This document shows, in pieces, positions 27,284-35,581 of a stretch of 64,000 nucleotides of DNA. This DNA comes from Candidatus Micrarchaeota archaeon (GTDB taxonomy: Archaea > Micrarchaeota > Micrarchaeia > Anstonellales > Anstonellaceae): NCBI GenBank assembly GCA_964392435.1, contig CAYMOY010000001.1, positions 7,484-71,483 on the forward strand, written 5' to 3'. Each line of letters starts with the position of its first letter. The first letter of the stretch is position 1. A program made the position numbers and the translations under genes. The notes beneath the pieces were generated by a model that saw only the letters and a program-made list of their open reading frames with translations, was not told where the DNA came from and did no database searches.

Positions 27284-29947
27284 ATGGGAGACGAATATTG
27301 GCATTCTTACACGCTGGGCAGGCTTTTCTCGCAGCTGCGCACTTCTTCCCGCGGGCTTTCGGAAAAGGAAGCGGGCCAAAGGCTTTCCTCTTATGGCGCA
27401 AACGAGATTTCCGAGGTGAAAAAGGACGAGTGGTATGTCATGCTTTTCAGGCAGTTCTCCAGCCTGCCCATCCTGCTTTTGATTGCAGCGGCGGCAATCT
27501 CGCTTGCCCTGGGGATGACGGTTGATGACAAGAAAATAATCGACGCGATTGCCATAACCGCGGCGGTCCTGATTGCCGTCTCATTCGGATTTTTCCAGGA
27601 ATACCGGGCTGAAAAGGCGCTTGCAGCCCTGAAGAAAATGGTGGTGCTCCGCTCTGTCGTACTGCGCGGCGGAAAGGAGATAGCAATCGAATCCCGCGAG
27701 CTTGTTCCTGGCGACATAGTGATACTTGAGGAGGGTAACCGGGTGCCAGCGGACATGCGGCTGATGGAGTCTGCCAACCTGGCGGTTGAGCAGTCCGCGC
27801 TGACAGGCGAGTCCGTTCCCTCGCAAAAATCGGTATGCACCCTTGCCAAAAAGACGGTGCTCTCGGACAGGGAAAACATGCTCTTCGCAGGCACCACTAT
27901 AGTGCGCGGGCACTGCAAGGGCATGGTGGTTGAAACCGGGATGAAAACTCAATTCGGCAAGATAGTTGGCTATGTAGAGGGGGAAGGGGAAAAGGAAACC
28001 CGGCTGCAAAAAGACATAACAGAGCTTTCCAAGAACCTGGGGTATGCCGGCATTTTCCTTGCATTGGTCTTTTTCGCAATAGGGATTCTCCGCGGGGAAA
28101 CCGCCACTGATATGTTCGTGGTGGCAGTCACATTGGCGGTAGCCGTTATCCCTGAAGGGCTTCCTACGGTGCTTGCGATAACGCTGGCGCTCGGGGTTCA
28201 GAAAATGGCAAAGCAAAACGCAATCGTGCGCAAGATGCCTGCCGTGGAAACGCTTGGCTCGGCAACGGTCATATGCACAGACAAGACAGGGACAATCACG
28301 CAAAACAGGATGACTGTGCAGGAGATAGTCCTGGTGCAAAGCTCATATGCGATTGCGCAGGGCAGTCTTGACCCAAGCTTTATCCGCAAGAATCCCGCGC
28401 TGCGCCGCGCTGTTGAGATAATGGCGCTTTGCAACAACTCGATGGCAATCGAGTCTTACGGCAAGAAGGTCTTAAGCGGGGACCCGACCGAGACCGCGCT
28501 TCTCTCCGCGGTCTCATCGTGCGGCGGGAATGAAAAGAAACTGCGCTCCGAGCACAGGCTGGTCGGGGAGGTCCCCTTTGATTCCGAGCGCAAGATGATG
28601 AGTGCGATTCGCATCTACAATGGTAAAAGGCTTGCATTGGTCAAAGGCGCCCCTGAAAAGGTTCTTCCCCGCTGCTCAAGGCTCCTGACAAACTCTGGCG
28701 AGGAAATCATGCGCCCTGAAAGAAGGAAGAAGGCGCTTTCCGATTCCCATGATTTGGGCAACGAGGGCAAGCGGGTGCTTGCATTGGCTTACCGCCCGAT
28801 AGGGAAAATGGCGAAATACACCCCTGCCGCGACCGAGCGCTCGCTGGTGTTTGTCGGCCTGGTGAGCATGGAAGACCCGCCCCGCCCTGAAGTGCCAGAA
28901 GCAATATCCCTCTGCCGCTCTGCGGGCATACGGGTGGTGATGATTACCGGGGACTCGCTTGCAACCGCCCGTGCGATAGCCATGAAAGTCGGGCTTTTGG
29001 AGCAGGGCAAGAGGGCATTGGACGGCTCTGAACTGGAAAACATCTCAAACTCCAAGCTGGAGGCGCTGCTGCCCCAGGTTGCGGTTTTTGCGCGCGTGAC
29101 CCCGGAGCAAAAATACAAGATAGTCTCAGCCTTCATGCGGATGGGGGAGATAGTCGCAGTGACTGGGGACGGGGTCAATGATGCGCCTGCCATAAAGAAG
29201 GCAGACATAGGGGTTGCAATGGGGATTTCGGGCACCGATGTCACCAAGGAATTGTCCGACATGGTGCTTACAGACGACAATTTCACCTCAATAGTCAACG
29301 CGGTCAAGTACGGCAGGACAATCTTCAACAATATCAAGTCATTCGTGCGGTACCAGATATCCACAAATGTCGCCGCCCTTTCGCTGATGTTCGCAGCCCC
29401 GGCGCTCTCGCTTCCGCTTCCCCTGCTTCCGCTGCAGCTTTTGTGGATAAACATCATGATAGACGGGCCGCCAGCCCTTGCTCTCGGCGCCGAGCCGCCC
29501 TCGCATGATGAGATGAGAAAACCGCCCCGCAACCCCAAGGCGAGCTTTGTGAACAGGAACATGGTCCTCTCGATTTTCATGCTGGGGCTGCTGATGGCTG
29601 CAATAGCACTGGCGGTTTTCGGTTTTTACCTGTCGTATTCCCCGGAAAAGGCATACACGGTGGTCTTCACGCTATTCGTCTTTTTGCAGCTTGCAAACGC
29701 GCTCAACTGCCGCTCTGCGCAGGATTCGCTTTTCAGCCGCCTGTTTTCCAACCCGTATGTCTTCCTGGCCATCATAATTTCCTTCGCCCTTCAGATGGCG
29801 ATAGTCTACTATTCGCCCCTTGAGGACATATTCAAGACAGTGCCGCTTGCCGCAGAAGACCTTGCGGTCATATCCTGCGCCTCGTTATTGGTGCTGATTT
29901 TCGAGGAGCTCAAGAAAAGGTTCTTCAGGCAGACTACGGTCTATTGA
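27284..29947 (+). CDS. Cation-transporting P-type ATPase (type IIA, Ca2+-like)
   Basis: TGES, IPEGLP, DKTGTIT, KGAPE, TGDGVNDAPA, LWINI. Confidence 0.93.
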   Translation: MGDEYWHSYTLGRLFSQLRTSSRGLSEKEAGQRLSSYGANEISEVKKDEWYVMLFRQFSSLPILLLIAAAAISLALGMTVDDKKIIDAIAITAAVLIAVSFGFFQEYRAEKALAALKKMVVLRSVVLRGGKEIAIESRELVPGDIVILEEGNRVPADMRLMESANLAVEQSALTGESVPSQKSVCTLAKKTVLSDRENMLFAGTTIVRGHCKGMVVETGMKTQFGKIVGYVEGEGEKETRLQKDITELSKNLGYAGIFLALVFFAIGILRGETATDMFVVAVTLAVAVIPEGLPTVLAITLALGVQKMAKQNAIVRKMPAVETLGSATVICTDKTGTITQNRMTVQEIVLVQSSYAIAQGSLDPSFIRKNPALRRAVEIMALCNNSMAIESYGKKVLSGDPTETALLSAVSSCGGNEKKLRSEHRLVGEVPFDSERKMMSAIRIYNGKRLALVKGAPEKVLPRCSRLLTNSGEEIMRPERRKKALSDSHDLGNEGKRVLALAYRPIGKMAKYTPAATERSLVFVGLVSMEDPPRPEVPEAISLCRSAGIRVVMITGDSLATARAIAMKVGLLEQGKRALDGSELENISNSKLEALLPQVAVFARVTPEQKYKIVSAFMRMGEIVAVTGDGVNDAPAIKKADIGVAMGISGTDVTKELSDMVLTDDNFTSIVNAVKYGRTIFNNIKSFVRYQISTNVAALSLMFAAPALSLPLPLLPLQLLWINIMIDGPPALALGAEPPSHDEMRKPPRNPKASFVNRNMVLSIFMLGLLMAAIALAVFGFYLSYSPEKAYTVVFTLFVFLQLANALNCRSAQDSLFSRLFSNPYVFLAIIISFALQMAIVYYSPLEDIFKTVPLAAEDLAVISCASLLVLIFEELKKRFFRQTTVY

Positions 29948-29966
29948 GCTTGGCAGAGGTGATTGT

Positions 29967-30719
29967 ATGGATGCTTTGACAGCAGAGAAAAAGGCAGTCT
30001 CCTTCATCCGCGCATATTTCCGCAAATCTGGACGGAAAATGGCTGTGCTGGGGCTTTCCGGGGGGCTGGACTCCGCTGTGGCACTCGCTCTTTGCGTCCG
30101 GGCGCTTGGCGCAAAAAACACGATTGCCGCCATTCTTCCCTCGGATTCCACCCCCAAAGCAGACCTTCGCGATGCCCTGGGGCTTGCAAAAAGGCTCAAT
30201 GTGAGGGTAATAAAATCAAACATCGAGCCGGCCCTTTACGCATTCGGCTGGCTCTCGGAAAACACTATGGGCAGGGCGAACCTATCCGCCCGCGTGCGCA
30301 TGGCAGTTCTCTATTCCCTTGCCCACAAGTATAATGGGCTGGTGGTGGGCACAGGAAACAAATCAGAGCTTTTGCTTGGCTACTTCACCAAGCACGGGGA
30401 CGGCGCGGCTGACCTTTTCCCGCTGGCAGGGCTTTACAAGACCGAAGTGAAGCGCCTGGGGGCTCACCTTCGCCTGCCAAAACGCATGCTGGGCAAGCCG
30501 CCCTCACCCGCTTTGTGGGGGGGGCAGACTGCGGAAAAAGAGCTGGGCTTTTCCTACGAAGAGGCGGACGGGATACTGATGGGGCTTGAAAAGAGGACTC
30601 CGGTTGCTGCGCTATGCAGGAAATTTTCCAAGAAGACTGTGCAATCAGTGCTTAGGCTCATGAGACAAAACAGGCACAAGCTTTTTCCCGCCCCAATCTG
30701 CAAGATGCCAGGCATTTAA
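29967..30719 (+). CDS. nadE: NH3-dependent NAD+ synthetase
   Basis: GLSGGLDS, ARVRM, GTGNKSE, GYFTKHGD. Confidence 0.93.
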   Translation: MDALTAEKKAVSFIRAYFRKSGRKMAVLGLSGGLDSAVALALCVRALGAKNTIAAILPSDSTPKADLRDALGLAKRLNVRVIKSNIEPALYAFGWLSENTMGRANLSARVRMAVLYSLAHKYNGLVVGTGNKSELLLGYFTKHGDGAADLFPLAGLYKTEVKRLGAHLRLPKRMLGKPPSPALWGGQTAEKELGFSYEEADGILMGLEKRTPVAALCRKFSKKTVQSVLRLMRQNRHKLFPAPICKMPGI

Positions 30720-30768
30720 TTTGCCCCGGGGGCGTATCCATTTCCCTCGCCTAGCCTGCGGGTCAGCT

Positions 30769-30905
30769 TCTGGAAAAAGCTCACGCTTTTTCCATCTTAT
30801 CTGAGCCTGTCGGCTCAGATTCAGGAAAAATCTATCAAGATTTTTCCATCCGATTGGAATTGAGATTCCAAGTCTGGAAAAAGCTCACGCTTTTTCCATC
30901 CTATC
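30769..30905 (-). repeat. Three tandem variants of the DUF359 gene 3' end, each folded in its own hairpin
   Basis: DRMEKA* (30885-30905), NRMEKS* (30835-30855), DKMEKA* (30781-30801). Confidence 0.85.
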
Positions 30906-31391
30906 CAAAAAGCCCTGCGCCTTTTTCCGTATGCCCTGGCTGCCCAGAGGCACCACCACCGCGCCGGCATCGGGCTGCCCGTAAACAAGGGTGCCCCCCT
31001 TTGCGCGTGCCATAACAAGAAGGGAAGTCAAATCGTCCTCGCCAACCACAAATATCGCGCCGCTGCCTGCCGCAAGCACGCTGTCCACGGCTGATGAAAG
31101 CTCGTCGGTTATAACTCCGGGCGGGGAGAGGACCACAAAAGCGCTTGCAGCATGCAAAGCAAAGGTTTTTTTCATATCCAAAGGTATTTCCGCCCGCTTT
31201 ATCTTGAAATCAAATGCCAGTATGTCAGGCGCATTGCCAAGCCGTATCATGTCAAATGCGCATTGGTCCCCAACCGATATGAGCGGCCTTTTCGCCGCGG
31301 CAAGGGCAGCTTCCAGTTTTTCCTTTCCCAAAACAGTGCCAAAGGGCTTGCGCACCTCGTCTCTTAGGTGTTCTGGCAATCTCAGCATCAA
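30885..31391 (-). CDS. DUF359 family, GTP-dependent dephospho-CoA kinase
   Basis: LR..VRKPFG, SVGD, D.KIKR, PPGVIT, GEDDL, VYGQPDAG. Confidence 0.8.
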   Translation of the reverse strand: MMLRLPEHLRDEVRKPFGTVLGKEKLEAALAAAKRPLISVGDQCAFDMIRLGNAPDILAFDFKIKRAEIPLDMKKTFALHAASAFVVLSPPGVITDELSSAVDSVLAAGSGAIFVVGEDDLTSLLVMARAKGGTLVYGQPDAGAVVVPLGSQGIRKKAQGFLDRMEKA

Positions 31392-31392
31392 A

Positions 31393-32064
31393 CTACCTTA
31401 TTTTTCTGGCAGTCCCATCCTCATTTCCCACAATCACAACCGGCTTTTTTTGTGTGAACAGCCCGTTGTCCACAACTCCCGCTATGCAGTTTATCTCATC
31501 TTCGAGGCGCCGCGGGTCCTTTATCTGGGGGAACAGGGCATGCAAAATCAGGTTGGAGTTGTCAGATATGAACTTCCTTCTCCCATCCATGCGCGTCTCG
31601 AACCGTCTGGCGCCAAGCTTCACCAAGTCGCGCTTGACAGCATCCTCGGCAAGGGGTATCACCTCTACCGGCACGATTCCGGACAGACATCTGGCAAGCT
31701 TGTTCTCCCCTACCATGACTGCGAAAGTCTCAGACCGGTAGTCGACTATCTTTTCGCGCACCAGCGCCCCCCCGAGCCCCTTTATCAGGTTGAGGTTCTT
31801 ATCCACCTGGTCTGCCCCGTCAAACGCGATATCCAGCCTGGAAAGCGTGTCAAAGCCCTCCAGGCGAAGCCCGAGTTTTTTAGCCTGGTATTCTGATGCG
31901 ACGGAGGTGGCTATGCAGGTAAGGTCCAAATGTTCCCTCCTGTTCCTCTCGCCTAGCAGGTCTATGAAAACCTTCGCGGTGCTGCCTGTCCCAAGGCCAA
32001 TATTCATGCCTGGCCTGACCATGCTAAGTGCGGCCTGGGCTGAGGCCGCCTTCGACTTGTCCAT
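31393..32064 (-). CDS. rpiA: Ribose-5-phosphate isomerase A
   Basis: GLGTGST, DGADQV, IKGLGGALVREKI. Confidence 0.95.
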   Translation of the reverse strand: MDKSKAASAQAALSMVRPGMNIGLGTGSTAKVFIDLLGERNRREHLDLTCIATSVASEYQAKKLGLRLEGFDTLSRLDIAFDGADQVDKNLNLIKGLGGALVREKIVDYRSETFAVMVGENKLARCLSGIVPVEVIPLAEDAVKRDLVKLGARRFETRMDGRRKFISDNSNLILHALFPQIKDPRRLEDEINCIAGVVDNGLFTQKKPVVIVGNEDGTARKIR

Positions 32065-32141
32065 GCAGGGCTAACCCAGATTAGCGTTAAAACCCTTCGC
32101 TAGGCGGCAGGCTCGTCCACTAGATTTTCAGGCGGGCAAAG

Positions 32142-32684
32142 CTAGATGGACTTGAGAAGGTCCGCCTTGGTGATTATGCCCGCAACCTCCCCCCGCCGCA
32201 GCACCAGCACAGCAGGGTAGTGCTGCAATAGTGGCGCTATGGAGGAAATCGGGGCATCTGGCAATATTGTGGGGAAAGCCTCGCCCATTGCTTCGCAAAC
32301 ACGGCAGCGCGCAAGGCTTTTTCCTGCGGAAAACTGCTCCAGCATGGTCTGCTCGCTTATGCTGCCGATTATTTTCTTCCCATCTGCAACAGGGAGCTGG
32401 GAAATGCCCTTTTTCCTCATCAGCGAGGCGGCAAAATGCAGCGTTTCATCGCATGAGACCGTCGCCACCCCCTCATGCATCACGTCCTTGGCTTTTTTCT
32501 CAGATGAATGGCGCATGCTGCGCAGCGAGTCGATTATCCTGGACGCCTTGGAATATGCAGGGTCTATGCTCCCAGCCTCTATCTTTGCCACAAGCGACTG
32601 CGAAACACCGGCTGCCTTGGCAAGGGCGTGCTGCGTGATGCCAAGCCGCCGCCGCATCTCCTTTATCGCACGTAGGTCTTCCAT
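32142..32684 (-). CDS. XRE-HTH plus CBS-pair transcriptional regulator
   Basis: RRRLGITQHALAKAAGVSQSLVAKIEAG; ISQLPV; GIITKADLL. Confidence 0.88.
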   Translation of the reverse strand: MEDLRAIKEMRRRLGITQHALAKAAGVSQSLVAKIEAGSIDPAYSKASRIIDSLRSMRHSSEKKAKDVMHEGVATVSCDETLHFAASLMRKKGISQLPVADGKKIIGSISEQTMLEQFSAGKSLARCRVCEAMGEAFPTILPDAPISSIAPLLQHYPAVLVLRRGEVAGIITKADLLKSI

Positions 32685-32724
32685 GCAGAACCAGTGCCGA
32701 TGGCCATTTATATTCCTATCGGAA

Positions 32725-32934
32725 TTAATGTATGGTTTCAGGCTTTGGCTTGGATTTCTCGGCTTTCCTCTCAAAATCCGCATTTCTGCCCGCAAAAGCC
32801 GTGCCGTATCCTGCCAGCGCGCCGGTCTTGGTTATGTCTTTTGTCGGGTTGAACCGGTATTTCTCGCCGTTTATTGCCACTATCTGGCCTCCCCGCCCGC
32901 CGCCAATCACTGTTTTTTGAGTCATGAGCCGCAC
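32725..32934 (-). CDS. Small hypothetical protein
   Basis: 69-aa ORF with TATA-like TATATAAA about 25 nt upstream. Confidence 0.35.
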   Translation of the reverse strand: MRLMTQKTVIGGGRGGQIVAINGEKYRFNPTKDITKTGALAGYGTAFAGRNADFERKAEKSKPKPETIH

Positions 32935-33138
32935 CTCATCTTCCTTGGCGGTGCAAGACGTTTATATAGTTCCCTGAAAGTTTTATTCTGATAAGAATTA
33001 GGCTGCGCTTTTTTCCAAAAATGAAGCGCCGGCATCGTTTTCCTGATGGGAACGGCCGCCATCGTTATGAGTAAAATGTGCCACGCTATTTTTGCCTGCG
33101 GACAAAAATGCGCAGCCTTTTTTGCTGAAGCAAAAAAG

Positions 33139-33361
33139 TGCCAAGGGCGTGATTTGTTCGTGCGCCAAAACGCGGGGTTTGGGCGGAATTGAACACGCGG
33201 CTTCCAGATTTCTCGGTTTGCTGCGCGCAACATTCTGCACGCAGAGTGTCATTTTATATCATCGCTGAACGGTCAGCTCATCACTCAAATTATGCGGGTT
33301 CCCTCCTGCGAAGTCCCCCAAATATGAGTCTGGCACTCTAACCAAGCTGAGTTACCTTGGC
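33139..33361 (-). tRNA. tRNA-Met(CAT), elongator type, with two introns: 113 nt at 37/38 (33210-33322) and 35 nt in the T-loop at 58/59 (33154-33188)
   Basis: GCCAAGG/CCTTGGC-A acceptor; CCAGA-CTCATAA-TCTGG after splicing; T-loop BHB GTTC/GAAC with AAT and AAA bulges; mature length 75. Confidence 0.88.
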
Positions 33362-33415
33362 ACGGATGATTGTTGGGGGGAAAGGCATTAAAAGCAGTTC
33401 ATCTTCCAATAATGC

Positions 33416-33721
33416 GGAGCGGCGGGAGGACGGCTCACCGCGCCCTGCTTTGCGGGGCGGGGAGGAAGTTCTGCCCACCGGAAAGAGTCCAAATCGCTTA
33501 AGGCGATATCGGGAACAGAAACGATTAACCGCCCCCTCCGATGAGAATGACGAAAGGAGAGGGGGGGAGCGGGTTGAAACGGCCCGTGCTTGGAAACAAG
33601 ATGCACGGTGCAAGGCCTTGTGCCGCTTGTCCATCCGCGAGGATGGATAGCTGGGGGGCAAAAGCCCTCCGGATAGTCCAATGCCGTCTGAAACAGAAGG
33701 CAGACTACTACCTGCCGCTCC
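33416..33721 (+). ncRNA. rnpB: RNase P RNA
   Basis: P1 GGAGCGGCGGG/CCTGCCGCTCC; GAGGAAGTTCTGC, ACAGAAA, TGAAAC, TGCAAG, AACAGAAGGCAGACTA conserved regions. Confidence 0.92.
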
Positions 33722-33739
33722 TCATACTGAAGTGGGATA

Positions 33740-34738
33740 ATGGATTTCTCTCCTGAAGAAAAAGAAGAAGAGGCCAAGCGGCTGTATGCCAAGCTTTCCA
33801 CATTGGGCTGGAGCCTGGATGCCTGCAGGGTTTCATCCCCGCTCACCCTTGAGGTAAACAGGCTGAAAAAGGAAAAGGACGCGGTTGTGCTTGCGCATTC
33901 CTACCAGACTCCGGATATCATTTACGGGGTTGCTGATTTTACCGGCGACTCATATGCGCTATCTCTTCAGGCAAGCAAAACCAGCGCAAAAACTATTGTT
34001 TTCGCAGGGGTGCGCTTCATGGCGGAGACCGCCAAGCTTCTCAACCCTGAGAAGCGCGTGTTCATCCCCTCTCTCGAAGCAGGCTGCTCGCTTGCAGACG
34101 GAATAACTGCGCAAGAGGTGCGGCAGCTTAAGGCAAAGCACCCTGGCGCCCCGGTGGTCTGCTATGTGAACACCAGCGCCGCGGTGAAGGCCGAGTCAGA
34201 TGTGTGCTGCACCAGCGCCAATGCGGCAAAGATAATCTCAAGCTTCAAGGAAAAGGAAATAATATTCGTCCCAGACCAGTTCATGGCGGAAAACCTTTCG
34301 CGCCAGACCGGCAAGAAGCTCATAGGCTGGCATGCCAGATGCGTGGTGCACCAGGATTTTGACCAGAAAAAAATAGACGCAATCCGCGCCGGTTTCCCGG
34401 GCGTGAAGGTGCTTGCGCATTCCGAGTGCCCGCCATCGGTTGCAAAAGCCGCTGACCTGGTGGGCGGCACCGCGGACATGGAGCGGTTCGTAAAATCTTC
34501 AAATGCACCCTCCTTCATGCTGGTGACTGAATGCGGGCTTTCAGACAGGCTGCGGGCCCAGTCTGGCGGCAAGCAGTTCCTGGGCATGTGCTCGCTTTGC
34601 CCTTATATGAAGAAGAATTCGCTGCCTAGTATAATTTCTGCTCTTAAAGGCGGAGAAAAGGGAAATGAAATAGTGCTGGATGAAATCATTGCAACTAGGG
34701 CAAGGAAGTCGTTAGAGCGTATGCTCGCCCTGTCCTAG
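33740..34738 (+). CDS. nadA: Quinolinate synthase A
   Basis: LAHSYQ, GDS, FMAETAK, AGCSLAD, YVNTSA, C.VH, CPYMK. Confidence 0.93.
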   Translation: MDFSPEEKEEEAKRLYAKLSTLGWSLDACRVSSPLTLEVNRLKKEKDAVVLAHSYQTPDIIYGVADFTGDSYALSLQASKTSAKTIVFAGVRFMAETAKLLNPEKRVFIPSLEAGCSLADGITAQEVRQLKAKHPGAPVVCYVNTSAAVKAESDVCCTSANAAKIISSFKEKEIIFVPDQFMAENLSRQTGKKLIGWHARCVVHQDFDQKKIDAIRAGFPGVKVLAHSECPPSVAKAADLVGGTADMERFVKSSNAPSFMLVTECGLSDRLRAQSGGKQFLGMCSLCPYMKKNSLPSIISALKGGEKGNEIVLDEIIATRARKSLERMLALS

Positions 34739-34743
34739 CCTTC

Positions 34744-34944
34744 TTAGTCGCCGCCGCCCTTGTTGAGCTTGGAAAGCAGGATGAAGACCATAACAGCCGC
34801 CACTAGGCCTGCTGCGTATGGGACGTACCACTCATCAAGCCCCATCCGGTTTTCGCTCCACACCCAGGCTATTGCGTAGCCCACTACCAATGCCAAAGCC
34901 AGCTTGGCAAACCCGAGTATTGCCCGGGTCTTGTCAGATCCCAT
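34744..34944 (-). CDS. Small membrane protein (2 TM)
   Basis: Two hydrophobic helices. Confidence 0.5.
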   Translation of the reverse strand: MGSDKTRAILGFAKLALALVVGYAIAWVWSENRMGLDEWYVPYAAGLVAAVMVFILLSKLNKGGGD

Positions 34945-35072
34945 GCAATCGATTTTCCAGCCAACGCTTAAAAGCCTGCCCAAAGCGGAATTCCCCGGCA
35001 GCTCCAGGCTTTGGTTTAAAACGTTTTTCCCCCGTATCCTTGCGCTCCCATTTTTTGGGGGAGGTTGGTTTG

Positions 35073-35297
35073 ATGGTGGAAAAAAGACCTTTTGACATAC
35101 TAAATGGCGCCCTGAACAACACCGTGGTGGTGGGCCTCAAGGGAGGCAGGGAGCTTCGCGGAACAATGGCATCCTACGATGTCCACATGAACATAGTGCT
35201 TGAAAAGGCGGAACATTTGGAAAACGGGGAGGTCAAGCGCGGGCTGGGCACTGTCCTGGTGCGCGGAGACTCGGTCGTGTACATTTCCCCTTCCTGA
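35073..35297 (+). CDS. Sm-like archaeal protein (SmAP/Lsm)
   Basis: RPFDIL, LKGGRELRG...YDVHMNIVL, VRGDSVVYISP. Confidence 0.93.
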   Translation: MVEKRPFDILNGALNNTVVVGLKGGRELRGTMASYDVHMNIVLEKAEHLENGEVKRGLGTVLVRGDSVVYISPS

Positions 35298-35311
35298 GTT
35301 TTTTCTCAACC

Positions 35312-35416
35312 GGGCTTGTGGCGCAACGGTAGCGCGCCTGCATGGCATGGCCATTTCGCAGCGGCGGAATGGGCACATAGTGCAGGAGGCTGGGGGTTCG
35401 AATCCCCCCGAGTCCA
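35312..35416 (+). tRNA. tRNA-Ala(GGC) with 33-nt intron at 37/38 (35348-35380)
   Basis: GGGCTTG/CGAGTCC-A with G3:U70; CCTGC-ATGGCAT-GCAGG after splicing. Confidence 0.88.
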
Positions 35417-35581
35417 TACCTAAAACCTTAGGGGCAGCAGAGGCCCATTCTATCCCCATATAGGTCACCCCTGGTCTAGTTCACTCCAATCCAGGTCTCC
35501 CCTTCGGGCTCTCCAGCATCCCCTTGCCGCCCTACCAATAGGGTTATTATTCTCCTCTAGTTATTTTTCGCAGGTGTGGGA

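Noticed and set aside
35432..35532. 5S rRNA or tRNA-Sec
   Set aside because: Lacks the 5S loop consensus and a TTC T-loop or proper UCA anticodon arm
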